DNA of 64,000 nucleotides from Yuukianura sp. NJ FZ-2021 (lineage: Eukaryota): assembly GCA_046563655.1 (NCBI GenBank), contig CM102284.1:4588001-4652000 (forward strand), in the 5' to 3' direction. Numbering within the stretch: the first letter of the stretch is position 1; each line of letters opens with the position of its first letter. The translations under genes were made by a program, and so were the position numbers. The notes beneath the pieces are model-generated. The model did no database searches. It had not been told where the DNA came from and saw nothing but the letters and a program-made list of their open reading frames with translations. Below are positions 51,857-64,000 of the stretch, one piece after another.

Positions 51857-54029
51857 AAAAACAAGAAAGCTGTTAAAACAAATTCCCTCAAAACTCAAAA
51901 GTTTCAAAAAAAAACCTATTCTAAAATTTTTTACTCAAGCCTAACCTAACCAAAAAATGTAATGTGACCTTGATCTTCTATGTGGCGACTCAATGGGGGG
52001 TCAGCGAGGTCAGGGGTAGATTGTGGATTTGGAAGAGAAATTACCCGAGTTCCAATGATTTATTTTCCGCCGTGTTTTTTTCGGAGCCAAAAATAGAGAT
52101 TTGGCCACGGTTTTGGTAGATACAAAAACACTCGATTTTCACCAAACTTTCTACAGCTTTTTCCCACAACCAGTTTTCCCAGTTTTCCTACTAAAATTCC
52201 CTACGGTCGTCTCTGGAATTCAGAGAATGCTGACGGATCACTCCATATTCTTCTTGGGCTGTCGGGATGTTCATTCCGGACTTTACAGAGGATCCGGAAG
52301 CAAGTCATCAGAACAAAAGCAGCTTGAAAAGTCTATTTTGGTTTGAGGAATGGCGTCTCTCCGTCAATGATATTTCAGAATAGGAGCAAGGGAAGAATAG
52401 ATTTTGAGAAGGGGAATAAATCATGGACCAGGATATTGTTTCCGTGGGGGAGGCCAGGATGGACGAGGATCCTGGAATGGCATCAACATTCCCTGTGTAA
52501 TCTTCCCGTCTTTTGCAATAGACGTTTTAGGCAAAACTTTTTTTAGGATCTCTTCCTCATTGGAGTTGCATTTGGAGAAAGTGGGGGCAGGGGAAAGGCG
52601 GAAGCGATTCTGGGTTCTTTTATATCCACTTAAGTGCTGGAAGTTCCCAAAAAAATTATCTACAACCACCAGCATTTCAAATCACGCTTTTCGTCCAAGG
52701 GTTAATCACAAGTTAACTAAATTTTAGGGCAATTACCAACACGCAACATTCGAAACTTGTAATTTGTGATGTCGAATTCATTCCATTTGAGTTTGGAACA
52801 AACAACCCGATTTCATTATAAAATTGCTTTGTAAAAAAAACCGAGAAAACGCGAGAAAGTTCAGAAAACTTGGAAGTTGAATGTTTTTGGAATGGCGAGG
52901 TTATGCATCTTCCGCACCGCCACTCTGACACAGTGGTTTTTTGGTTTGGTTGGTATAGTCTAAAGAGCCACTCTGTGATTAATCTGTGCTTTTAATTTGA
53001 CCCTGATGAGTAATTTCAGAGATTTCACACCCATTTCATCTTTGCCAAGGTAGGATTTAGCCGTTTTCACTTTTAGGCGGGCTTTTTCACTTTCCACTGT
53101 AAAGGCATAATGGACGCCACGCTGAGCAAAGAGCCAGACACGCTTATGAACCAATTAATTTACTAATTTCATTTTAAAAATTTCTGAAAACCTAACGAAC
53201 ACAACTTGCATTTCAATGAGAAAAAGTAGGTTAGGTTTTTTGAAACACTTTTTTAAATTTTTACTCAAAAAGAGAAAAAAGCGACCTTGGACAGTGTGCT
53301 ATCGCACGAGTCTCAAAGTCAGTCCCATTGTCAGCAGTTTTTCTTTGAATTTTGTGAAAAGGAAGAGAAAGTTTTGTTACAATCTCCCGCCTCATCCTCC
53401 TACATCATAAGTTTTTTACACTAAAAACTTTTAATTTACTTGTCTTCACATTTACTACCAAAAACTACCCAAAGAGAAAGCAGTTCATTGTGGTACTAAT
53501 CAGATCGTCCATTAATTAAAGTGCTTGAATTTAAAATAAACTGCAATTAAATTCCCGCTCGTCGTGGTTTTTGGAAGAGAAAGTTCTCGAAAATTACTTT
53601 TTTGAAATTCTAGAACTATTTTCCTGGTTGAACAAAGAAATGTTGAGGGATATGACAATTCCTCAGAATGCGCAGAAACTTCATCTTCCCTCTTTTCATG
53701 TTTGAAGTGAAAGGTAAGGACTTTCCCCTTTGAAATTCAACCCCCTGGGAGCAATTGTTTCTTTTGCTAGTAGTATACAAGGAACACTTGAAGCGATTAC
53801 GGAATGAATCAGTAGTGAACTCGGATGTTAGTTAATGGAGCGATTACGTCGATTACTCCGATTACTCTGACGGTAATTTCCCATTTAAGTGGAAAGATTG
53901 ATTCTTTAGAGTCAGGTGAAATTGAAACGGAATTGTTTTTTTCTTGTGATAGTGAAAGTGATCAAGAGTCATTCCAAACCTACGCATTTTATCTTAATGT
54001 TTCATGACTTTTCTGGGTCAAAGTGAAAG
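43044..54029. promoter_or_regulatory. Cluster of AGTGAAAG motifs (Blimp-1/PRDM1- or IRF-like) across the LGR locus
   Basis: By-eye count of 13 exact copies on either strand: 43044, 44859, 45341, 47288, 47412, 50073, 50127, 50190, 51371, 51845, 53706, 53951, 54022. Confidence 0.45.
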
Positions 54030-56582
54030 CCGATTTTTTTAAAACCGTTACTTTCAATTGTAAATTTACGTTTTTAGAATTTAAAAATGCAATTTACTAA
54101 AAATATGTTTTGGGCGTCAGCTAAAACTTTGTCACCTCTAGAGTTTTTTTTTGACATCAAAAGAAAAGTTTTCTGGATCAAAGTGTCATTTTCAAAAGAA
54201 TGGAAAGTTAATTTTCAAATTTCTTTTGACTCTTTTTGAAAAATTAACTTTCACCGTGTGCATCAGCATCTACCTCGCGATTCAGCCTAGCAAATTGGCC
54301 ATGCTTGATGCTTCATTAATCAAAAATTGTGTTTCTTCTTTGAAACTGGTGAACCATGTCCAAATTGTTACAAGTTTCAATGACCCACATCCGAAATTGA
54401 GCATCAAATTCAATTACCTCCAGCCTCCTCCAAAATTTCTGTGGGTTTGATTTCTTTTGGGAAAATATGATCTACATTCTTTATTCTTGTGCTGAATTCT
54501 GATGCGTCATCATTATTTGAGGAATTGCGGTAGTTTGAGGATTGACTTACGGGAAAAAATGTGACATGACAAATGTTTTGGGTTTTTGTTGGAACTGAGT
54601 TTCTGAGAAATTGAATTGACAGAACGGTTTGTTGGCACAAATAAATGTCAACTTCTGAGTTCTGAAGGAAAAGCAAAAACTACAAGAAAAAAAATGAAAC
54701 TGGCGAAACAGACGGAGAAATCCATGGACCTGTTAAATGAAAGTTAACTTTCTGAAAGTTAAATGAAGTGAAAAAATTCAAAAAGAGATACAAAATGAAA
54801 CAAACTGAATACATAATCGTAACGAAAGTCGAGTAAGTTTTACAATTTTGATGTTCGACACTTTTGACGAAAGAAATTCGAACGAAGAAAGTCTTACCCC
54901 GTAATAAGTACGCATTTGTTGACATCTTGACTCAAAATGTTAGCAAGTTTGCTTTCATTGTTTCAAAATCTGTTTTCAAACATTAAACTTTTGAAAATTA
55001 TTGAACTAAAAATTTTCTGTGTTTCTGAAATTTTCAGACGCGAACCCTTGAGTTTTTGAAAAACCAATCCACACTAGGAATCTTTTATGAAGATGTTTGC
55101 GGTGAAAGTCGGGACAATTTGTTAAATCAGTCGATTTCAATTGTGCGTTTCTACTCTTCTTAAAATCTTTCAATTACTTGATTTTGAAATTCAAAAGTTG
55201 TTGTTCTTTTTAAAGATGCGTTCAAGATTTGTTTGGTTTTTGCTGTTGAATGTTTTCCTGTGATGTTAGGAATAAGTTGAAGTGTTTGAAAGTGTTGAAA
55301 GGAGAAAGTAGACTGGTTGAGATTCTCTGGACGCGTTTTCACCACTACTAAACTTTTCTATCTCCTAACTCTACTTCCAGCATGTGGATCCTCTGGAACC
55401 CCGGAATTGCAGAAATGCGGGCAGTATCTGGACGAGTGGAGGGAGGGAGGAGGATGATCTAAAAAAGAGACATCTTTATCCTATTTTCATTTTCAGAAGT
55501 GCATTTGGACCAAGTTGGAAGGGGTGGACATAGTCCAAGTACCCAGCAGCCCTGTCACCAACACTGATGATTACTATCAAAAGTTTAAGATTTCTTGACA
55601 CTTTTTGGCAAAGTTACTTGTTCCTATGTTCCAGCGTTCATGGAATTGTTGTCCACTTTTCTGGATCACCACGGGAGGGCCTTTGGGCCAGAGATTTTTG
55701 GAAATAGAGACATAAATTTAGGAAGACGTGAACTACCCATTAATTACTACACACTTATTCATCACACTACTAACGACTTTCTCAAAGTACCTACTGCTGC
55801 TGGGCTAACTACTAAAATCAACAAGTCTGGAAGTTACTTACGTTATGCACGGTTAATGCACAAACGCAGAGTTCAAATTCCCAAACTCAATTAAAACTTA
55901 TTTTCAAACTATAAATGCTGAATTAGCGAAAAGGCGTACCCAAACTTTTTCTTTTTTTGCCAACTAGAATGTCGATTTTTCACCTTTTCATTTTTTAACA
56001 CGTTTTAAGTCATCGTTATAATCGTTTTCCGCAAAAACAGTCCGAAGGGTATCCCTTTGCCATGTTTTTGCACTTTGGTCTTGGTGTTTTTGAGCCTTTT
56101 GGAAATGACAGGGGGGACCCTTCCCATAAAAAAAAAACTTTAACTTAAAACCCACTTAAAACTTTTCACACTGCTATTACTAATGATTTACTGTTTTTGA
56201 GATTTTACAAACTCTTGGATAATGAACTTCTTCGCATCCAAACAGATAACTTTTTAGGTCAACTTTTTCGAAATTTTTTTATTTTTCAGAAGTTCTGATG
56301 CTGCGCTTACTTAATCTTCAGTCAGCTGTTTAAACGAGTTTTCGCGTGAGCTGGTTTCAATTTTTAAACCAAACATGATTATCAGTCTAGCAGAAGGATT
56401 TTTGCGAACTTGATTCGTAATCTTGTTTATTTCACAGGACATTGAACGTGTTTGTTGGTGGATATGCGAAATTCGGGGTCAATTCCTCTTGCGATTAGTT
56501 TGCGTTCTGGATGTCTACTACGCTACACGAAATTCCATACTGTTGTCTTTCTTGAGTAACTAATCCCATTTCTCCATTTCAA

Positions 56583-59323
56583 ATGAAGACACTAATTATA
56601 TTTAACAATTTGAACGATATTGTTTACATCAACTGCTGCCCCAAATTTGTGCAACATGTAGAACGATTGGCAGCTACGCAGGGACTTGCTAGCTCAAAAC
56701 ATTCGAATCGACTTGGGGTAACTACAGATTCTTCAAATATTGGAAAAATTATTCCTACGATTCAGTAATAAATAACGATTTAATTTCGATTTCAGAAAGG
56801 AAAACGAGCCGTAGATCCCAATGTCATAATTCAGCTGTTCAGCCCTCTCGTTACCTCTCATCGTTTTATGAAAGAACAGTTTGGCAATCCCTACAATTCA
56901 GTACAATGTGAAGATGGAACTAACATTGTCTTTCAAGATGTAAGTGTTACAAAATGAATCATAAAACGCTGGAAAAATAAGATTGCTTTTTTTGTAGTAC
57001 ATGGGGTTTCTATTTCTAAAAATCGGAAGCGATGAAATTGCCTTTCTCAGGAGATGCCTCGGAGTTTGCCTGGTACGTTTCCTTCAATTAACACATCGAT
57101 TACGATTATAAATAGTTAAACATTTTCGTGACTCATCTTTTATTTCCAGGAGTTTGTGACATACATTTGTGGTCCAGACGTGGCAATGTAAGAATTACAA
57201 ATGTCTGAGTTGAACTGGAACTCATATGTTTTTCCATTTAGACTGAAATCGTCCGAGTACCATGCCGCTCTTCTTGATCAACTCCTGGGAAACTGGGGAA
57301 GACTCTATTTTTCTGATCAATCATTTTTAGTTGAAGCTGTTGAACAAATGAAAGTCAATGTACAATTAAGTTCTGCTCTAATCAAATCGTTGGAACATTC
57401 CGCCATGAAAGTCAGAAGCTACGGAACCGATCATGTTCATGCTATCCTGTTTTTAGAAACAAAACTGTTGAGCTGGTATTCCACACGGCGGGTAAGAGAC
57501 TTTTTTTGTGAATCTGGCTGCAATACTTCGGATATTTACAATTAATACATTAAAAACTCGTTCTTACAGTCGTTCCATCTAACAGCTGAAGATCTTATGT
57601 TCTTGATCACCCTTTGTCACAAATCGTGGCCACAACATGGTGCCTTTGCAGCCAATGGAAATCAGCGGAAGAAGTTGGAACGGAAAGATGCTTACCTTTG
57701 GGGTGCCAAAAACCTGGACACAGGGATAACCGAGGCTTTATTTTCTACATCGGAGGATGAAGCGTCGTCGCAGGACGACGATGACGATTCCTTTTGTTCT
57801 TCTCTAAGTCATTTCGATTCCGAGGAAGAGTTACCAGATAATCATCAGCATAGTCCTTCACATCATCACGTCGTAACAGATTTCAGTAAGTGTTCATTAC
57901 TGCTAGAATTGATTACAATTTAATTTCAATTTAATTTAAACTCCGATTCTCAGGTGTAATTAAACATTATTTCATCCTACTCAAGTCCGGAGTCAATTTT
58001 GTTCCTCACCGGGTTCACGTTGGACTTATTCAACCTGGTCTCTACTTGGTACTTGTCTGTGAGGTTCGAATTCGACACAAAAACTTCGAAAGTTTGTAAT
58101 CTGTTATTCATTTTATCGTAAGCATTTCTACTTTATCATTATAGTCAGCGGCCAGTTCTCTTACGACTCAAATTGCCGCTTCAATTCAACTGACCAACGA
58201 ATTTATGGAGAGCAAGCGAGAAATTGCAAGGGACAAGCATTACTACGATCTCCTCGAAGCATCTACAAAGAAAGTACTGGAACATCTCAAGAAACACAAA
58301 AACACCGTAGTACGATCAGATTTGGTTGGGCGTTGGGACCGATTTAAAACTGGATTTCAACAATACATGAAAAGCAAGGACTCAATCAATCTCCAACTGA
58401 GCCCTCTATCTGATATTTTTAGAGAAACGTTTAGATCGTACTTCAACGAAGCCGAAGTGGTAAAAGGAATTCCAGAATCTGTTTTGAAATCCATTTGGAG
58501 ACAAATCCAAGTGGATACAGCTGATTTTTGGGATTTCTTAAAAGTCAAGTCAATTAGAAATACTACACTGGGATCTCGTATACATCTGCCAATTAACAAG
58601 TATCTGGAAGAATTTCCTGGACTTGTTCATTTCATTTACATTGATCGAAATGAACATTGGGTCACTATGCCGGCTTTGGACTTTGGAAAAGACGACACAG
58701 TGCGACTTTCAAAGAAAAAGGTACAGATTAGCTCTCCAAGTTGATTGAAGTTTACTTAAAATGCGATTTTTTTTTACTTAATTTGCAGATCTGGAACATG
58801 GTGAAGTTTGCACGAGAGCATATGCAACAAGGCAATTTTTCCCTAATGTGGAAAGACAACGCTTTTAACTACGCTTACTTCCTGTGGTTTGAAGATGCCA
58901 TGGTACAGCATTATTCAACTATCAGCACTAATTAGAAAATTGAAAAATTATTTTGTTTTCTTATGCGAACTGATTGTGAACAGGGTCAAGCTATCAGACC
59001 CAAAGGTCAGTCCTCTCTCGCTTGGGATAATCTTCCCATCCCAGGCATCCTCTGTTCCGATTTTTACAAGTGAGTTACCAACTACCATTCTACTGAATTT
59101 TCAATTAACATCATCGTTAATAACACTGGCCTTACTCCTGTACAGGCAACTTATAGAAGAATGCTTTCCAACTCCTGCATCAGCTTCAAAAGTTCGTTGC
59201 CTTGAACTGTTTTGTATTCATCTAGGACTAGTCACATCTTCTTGTGTCCTTGAACATTCTAAACGTCTTGCCACTACAATCTACGAAGTTACTGGAACGA
59301 ATAATGCAGCAGACTTTTTGTGA
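56583..59323 (+). CDS. HPS1: Hermansky-Pudlak syndrome 1 protein (BLOC-3 subunit)
   Basis: MKTLIIFNNLNDIVY start; IIQLFSPLVTS; SFLVEAVEQ; KLLSWYS; YLEEFPGLVHFIYIDR; YAYFLWFED; CLELFCIHLGLV C-terminus. Confidence 0.9.
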
Positions 59324-59576
59324 TTTTTAAGATAACGAGCAACTTTTTAGAGTAAGATTAACAATGAGAAGGTTTGTGCATTTTACCTAAAATTGAACCA
59401 ACTTAATTTATTACAGCATAAGCTGTGCTTGTGATTTCGCAACATTTGATGATTCCATTTTATAAAGGAACTTAACCGATTAGTTTGAAAATAATTGTGT
59501 GCTCACTTCAAATAGTGAAGTCAGTTAATCTATTGGTCAGGCACTCAGGATGAGGAATGATGATGGTCAAGTGGAT

Positions 59577-60975
59577 TTAAACATTGGGCAGATGATTCCA
59601 GTCAATTGGTTTCTTCCCGTTTTTCTTCAGAATTTCATTACATTTTGAAAAGTGTTTGCACCCGAAGAATCCTCGGTGACAAGACAGAGGAGAAGGATGC
59701 ACCGTTTGAAGGACGTGATGCTTCTTCTAAAATCAAGAGTTTCAGTATCAAGGATAAGTCAAAGGTCAAACTAACAGTTGAACTTACCTTATCGACAATG
59801 GCACCCTTCTTCTGCGCATAAGCACCCCAGAGAAGGAATACAACTGAATTGAGATTCGAAGAAATCCATGCAATGGTTGCATCCGTTAACTTCTCCCATC
59901 CACGATCCTTGTGGGAATTCGGTTGTCCAGCGTTCACAGTCAGGACGGAATTCAAAAGCAGTACTCCTTGTGTTGCCCATCCAACAAGACATCCATGATT
60001 TGGTTTCTTGAAAGCAGCACCAATGTCGTTTTCCAATTCTATAAACCAAAATACTTCAACTTAACAATTATTGCCAGCTACTTATGTAGTAATTTAGTCT
60101 TCCTCAGCACTGTCTTACCTTTGTACATGTTCAGCAGGCTCGGAGGAGGAGCGACATTCAAGACACTGAAACACAGTCCATGGGCTTGTCCTGGACCGTG
60201 ATACGGGTCTTGTCCAAGGATAACTACTTTTATGTCGTGAATGGAACAGTGTCTGGTCCATTCCCAAACATGAGCCGAAGGCGGGTAAACGATTCCGTCA
60301 CGTCGACCATCCTCTACGAAATTGTTCAACTAAAAAAAGAGGTTGATTTAATTATTAGGAAAAACAAAAAAACTGCGGTAAGGCTGCACTTACTGCCTTG
60401 AAGTAATCCTTGTCAAATTCTTTCTCCAATGCTACGAACCAACTCAATCCAATGTTTTGGTCAATTATGTTCAAATCCTTGGACTTTGCAGCTAGTCGTA
60501 AGCGTTGAGCCTAAGAAGTTATGAAGCATCGTTTAACGTTGTTGCTTGATTGGGACGCCATTGCTAAAATGAATTAGTACCTCTGAAACAGAGTTACATT
60601 CGGAATCCGAAGTTTTCAATTTTTTTCTGGGCGTTTGCATGTTGTCATCTTGTTTGTCATCATCAGTAGCGTTGTGCTGTAGTTCCTTTTGGTTCGTATG
60701 CTTAAAAAGAAAAAAAATCGGTTAACACTAAAACTACAACTCAGCCAGCATCAACTGAATGATCTTACTTCATGTATTATGTCGAGTTCGAGATTGTCGC
60801 TTCCTTCAGTTGAAGCATTAGGTTTTTTTGAAGACATCGATTTTGAGAAGTAAGATAGAAGCGTACGCTGTTTTGCAGAACCAGTCGCAGCGATCCCAGG
60901 CAATGCACCCTTCAGTTTTCTAGCTCGTGAACACATTTTGCGTGACCTGCTGGTAATTAGCATATGAGAATACAT
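59577..60975 (-). CDS. UNG: Uracil-DNA glycosylase (family 1)
   Basis: [91 protein letters not shown] box QRTLLSYF. Confidence 0.97.
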
Positions 60976-61481
60976 TAGTAATACTAGTTAACTAGTTCAA
61001 TCATCCAATTTCCCATTACCTGTACAATCAGCCGGATCCTAATCAAAACTAGCCCAGGAAAAGTAAAGTGTTGATGTTGTCACCGTTGCCTTCGTTGTTA
61101 ATTAACGATTAATTGCGCTTGGCTTGAATTGAAGAACTCCGAATTTCCTATTTTCCTTCCGTTTAACTTTCAGTAAGGGCCGTGCAAATACCTTGGATGG
61201 TATAATCATGATTGCCGTATTATAATTTTTTTTCTGTAGTTGTAAACAACAACACATGCAAAACGAACGCGGCGGGCGCGGGACAAGGGGGCAAGGGCAG
61301 TTTTTTATTACATTTATATGGAATTAAAGTATTTTTCTGTGCAATTTAGCAATTTTCAATTCAATTTTAATTTTTCAATTCGAGTGGCACATCCTTAACG
61401 TAAGTCTTTAAACGTTATGGGAATGCTGTTGACAACAAAAACCGAATTATCAATAGTAGTCTAAGACACTGAAGAATAAGT

Positions 61482-63058
61482 TTAGCAGCAGTATTGCGAT
61501 GGAGAGCAAGGGTCAAAATCAAAATGGAGAAAGTTCTGTCAAAAGACATCAAAACGATTTTACAAAATTCCTTTTGAACAAATGAAATTGTGGGGAACTG
61601 ATAAACGATGAACTTACGATGAGGAGCAGCGCCCCCAACATTGTAGCCTTTTGACAAACGTCCCATTCTATTGGAAATCTTGCTCCAAAATTTTCAGTGT
61701 CCGAAAAAACTGGAATTTTGGCCAATTCGAACCAGGCTTCTTTGATTTGTCCAACCCTCTTTTGCTTCTCTTTCGGTTTCTTTTCAGTAACAATTGTGAA
61801 CTCGGATGCACAACAAACACGACATGGAAAGCAAAATGCACAAGAGGATCCTTTGACCTGAACGGTTTCAACGGTACTGGCAAAGGTCAAAGTGTAAATG
61901 GGTTTGCAGCAACAGAACTTTTGAGAAACACTGCCAACTTCTGTTCCGTCTTCCAAGTTAACCCGAACGCCCTAAAATTCAAAATTTTAAATTGCAAAAC
62001 TGAAAACCGTAGAAATTCAAATTCTTTTGAAGTTAACATTTGTCGTTCCCTTACGTTGCAAGCCATGTCTCCGCAGCATGCCACTCCACAGCAACAGCCA
62101 CAAGCGCAAGGTCGCGTCACGTTAAAAATTTTGCGTCCACTAGCATCCAGAACGTAGAATACAAATGGTCGACCGGTTTTCCAGCAGCAAATTTTGCAGT
62201 AGCTGTTGGTTTCGCAGAGCACAAAGAGGCGTTCCCCGTTTTGATCAAAAACGTCATACTTGAGAGCTTCATCGGAAGAAGGAATACCGACTGTGGAACC
62301 AAAACAAAATGGTTGACCTTTTGACCTGAGTTCAACTATTTCTTATACCAATTTTGTATTGACAGAACTTACTTTCCAGTGGACTGTTGTTAATTTTCAA
62401 GATGAAATGAGAAACGTTTTGCAGAATTAAGCCAAGGTCAACTGATGTCGGAGTTGGCATGAAGCTGACTTTCGGCTTATATTCGGCAAAACGGCCACTC
62501 GATTTTTTAAGATTAAAATATCATCTTATATCAACTCTTGGGTGTAGATTCTGAATCTGAAATCCGTTTTTGGCGGTCGCACCTCCTTCTTAGTAAGATT
62601 TATTAATTAAGATTCTAATTAACGATGTGAATTTCACATAAAGAATGAGAATTCCAAGTGTAACCAATGGATACCAAGAATTGTAGTTTGTTATACCCCC
62701 GCGCCGAAGGCGCGCGTTAGGTTTGGTTAGCATTTAACAGCAACAATTTCTAATCTCCATTGGTTACATAATAAAAAATCTCATTCTGTATGTAAAATCC
62801 TCATTAGAATCTTAATTAATGAATCTTACCAAGAAGGAGGTGTGACCGCCAAAAACGGATTTCAGATTCGGAATCTACACCCAAAAGTTGATATAAAACG
62901 ATATTTTAATCGTAAAAAATCGAGTGGCCGTTTTGCCGAATTTGTTCCCTGACTTTCTTATTCGCATTTTCCTGATTGTTATTTTGGACATCGGGCAACA
63001 CTGGAGGAGTGGTTGGATTCGCGTTCGCCACAACGGTCGGATTCTGCGGCTGCGCCAT
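61482..63058 (-). CDS. Phospholipid scramblase; first coding exon interrupted by a MITE
   Basis: MPTP..LGL N-terminal motif; KYDVFDQNGERLFVLCE; CC..GRPF; Cys-rich palmitoylation stretch CACGCCC; VGSVSQKF; FSDTENFGARFP.EWDVCQKATMLGALLLI(N)F. Confidence 0.88.
62474..62948. mobile_element. MITE, 475 bp, about 200-bp TIRs, GG...CC termini, 9-bp TSD (Mutator-like), inserted in coding sequence
   Basis: Arms ATTCGGCAAAACGGCCACTCGATTTTTT... and ...AAAAAATCGAGTGGCCGTTTTGCCGAAT. Direct repeat CTGACTTTC at 62465-62473 and 62949-62957. Confidence 0.93.
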
Positions 63059-63290
63059 TTCAAACAAGAAACTCCAATTTAGAAACAACTACGGAAAAGT
63101 AATTGTCAAGTCGTCACATCGTGCATGTATCGCATATCCGTCGTCACTGAACGCCCTTGCTTGTTGTGTTTGTCCAGTTGTTTGTTTTGTACACTGGAAA
63201 AAGCGTTGCTAAGATAAAATTATCAAAAAAGTTAAACTTTAGTGCTAAAGATCCATTTATTTCTAGAAGTTCAAGACCTATAAAGTTTAG

Positions 63291-64000
63291 TTACATTGGG
63301 CAATTATGGGCCCATCTTGGAAATGGCGTTACATCTTTGATATTTGATCGTCCTAGGAGTAGCTGAAGTAGTCTGTCAAAGCCTAATCCGAAACCTCCAG
63401 AAGGAACTCCACCGAATTCTCGAAGTTCAAAGTACCAGGCCATGGACTGCTTCAATTTTCCAGAAGGATCCAGTGCCATAACGTTTGAATCCAGTTGAAC
63501 CATGTCGTTCTCCCTTAGACTTCCTCCGCAGAGTTCACCTATGCGAGGCACAAGCAAATCCACAGCTGAAACCTGTAGTTCACAATCAATTAACTCAAAT
63601 CAACATGAATATTATGAGAACGTGCTACTAAATGTTAGTAAAACTAGCTTACCAATTCGGGATCATCGATGCAACGTCTCATGTAAAATGGCTTGATGTC
63701 ACGAGGCCAGTTTACGACAAAAATTGGAGTGTCATCGTTCAGTTTTTCCACAAGAAATAGCTCTTGCTCTCGGTTTAGCCCTTGCCCGTCCAGTATCCGT
63801 GTTCCCATGTTGTCCTCAATCTGCTTTCGGGCTTCATTGAACGTCATGATGGTAAAACGTTTCTTGAGTATTCGCTCCAGGAGGTTCTGTAAATCAGATA
63901 AGTGAAATTTTAAATATGGAAAATTAATCAGCTCAATTAGTTTGATTGCTGCGCACCTTCGTGTCCTTTTGGTCTTCACAGCAGTAGTTCCATTCGCTGC
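63291..64000 (-). CDS. NARS2: Mitochondrial asparaginyl-tRNA synthetase, 3' part (truncated by window edge)
   Basis: PIFVVNWPRDIKPFYM, DLLVPRIGELCGGSLRE, WYFELREFGGVPSGGFGLGFDR, NIKDVTPFPRW. Confidence 0.92.

Noticed and set aside
52101-55894. Many short ORFs upstream of the LGR
   Set aside because: Lys/Phe-rich translations of A/T tracts with no coherent splice pattern. The true LGR first exon may lie here but I could not identify it.
60385-60400. Apparent GC-AG intron donor in UNG (AAG|GCAGTAAG)
   Set aside because: A canonical GTAAGT donor three bases further keeps the frame.
61651-62157. Plus-strand 168-aa ORF
   Set aside because: Antisense to scramblase exons and runs through an intron; no recognisable features.

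Overview
Eukaryotic, gene-dense arthropod DNA with mostly 55-80 nt GT-AG introns. A non-holometabolous hexapod such as a springtail is my inference from gene content (UNG and TYW5 present, TTAGG repeats). About 17 spliced protein-coding genes were reconstructed by hand: the 3' end of pangolin/TCF, OCIAD1/asrij, an orphan with two degenerate RanBP1-like domains, a caspase, ABHD16A, a small 4-TM protein, a CLCA-like type I membrane protein, TYW5, ATAD1, HP1, a secreted orphan, CAP-G, DUOXA, a relaxin-type LGR (LDLa + 10 LRR + 7TM), HPS1, UNG, a phospholipid scramblase and the 3' part of mitochondrial AsnRS. Three intact MITEs with target-site duplications are present. The most striking observation is a 475-bp MITE inserted in the first coding exon of the scramblase, positioned so that it could be spliced out in frame as a new intron (Introner-like). 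Other highlights: a candidate alternative last exon truncating the TCF C-clamp, a candidate LDLa-less LGR first exon, a dense AGTGAAAG (Blimp-1/IRF-like) motif cluster over the LGR locus, and a CLCA lacking both zinc-binding histidines. Exon boundaries and motif counts were read by eye and may be off by a few bases; no database searches were run.
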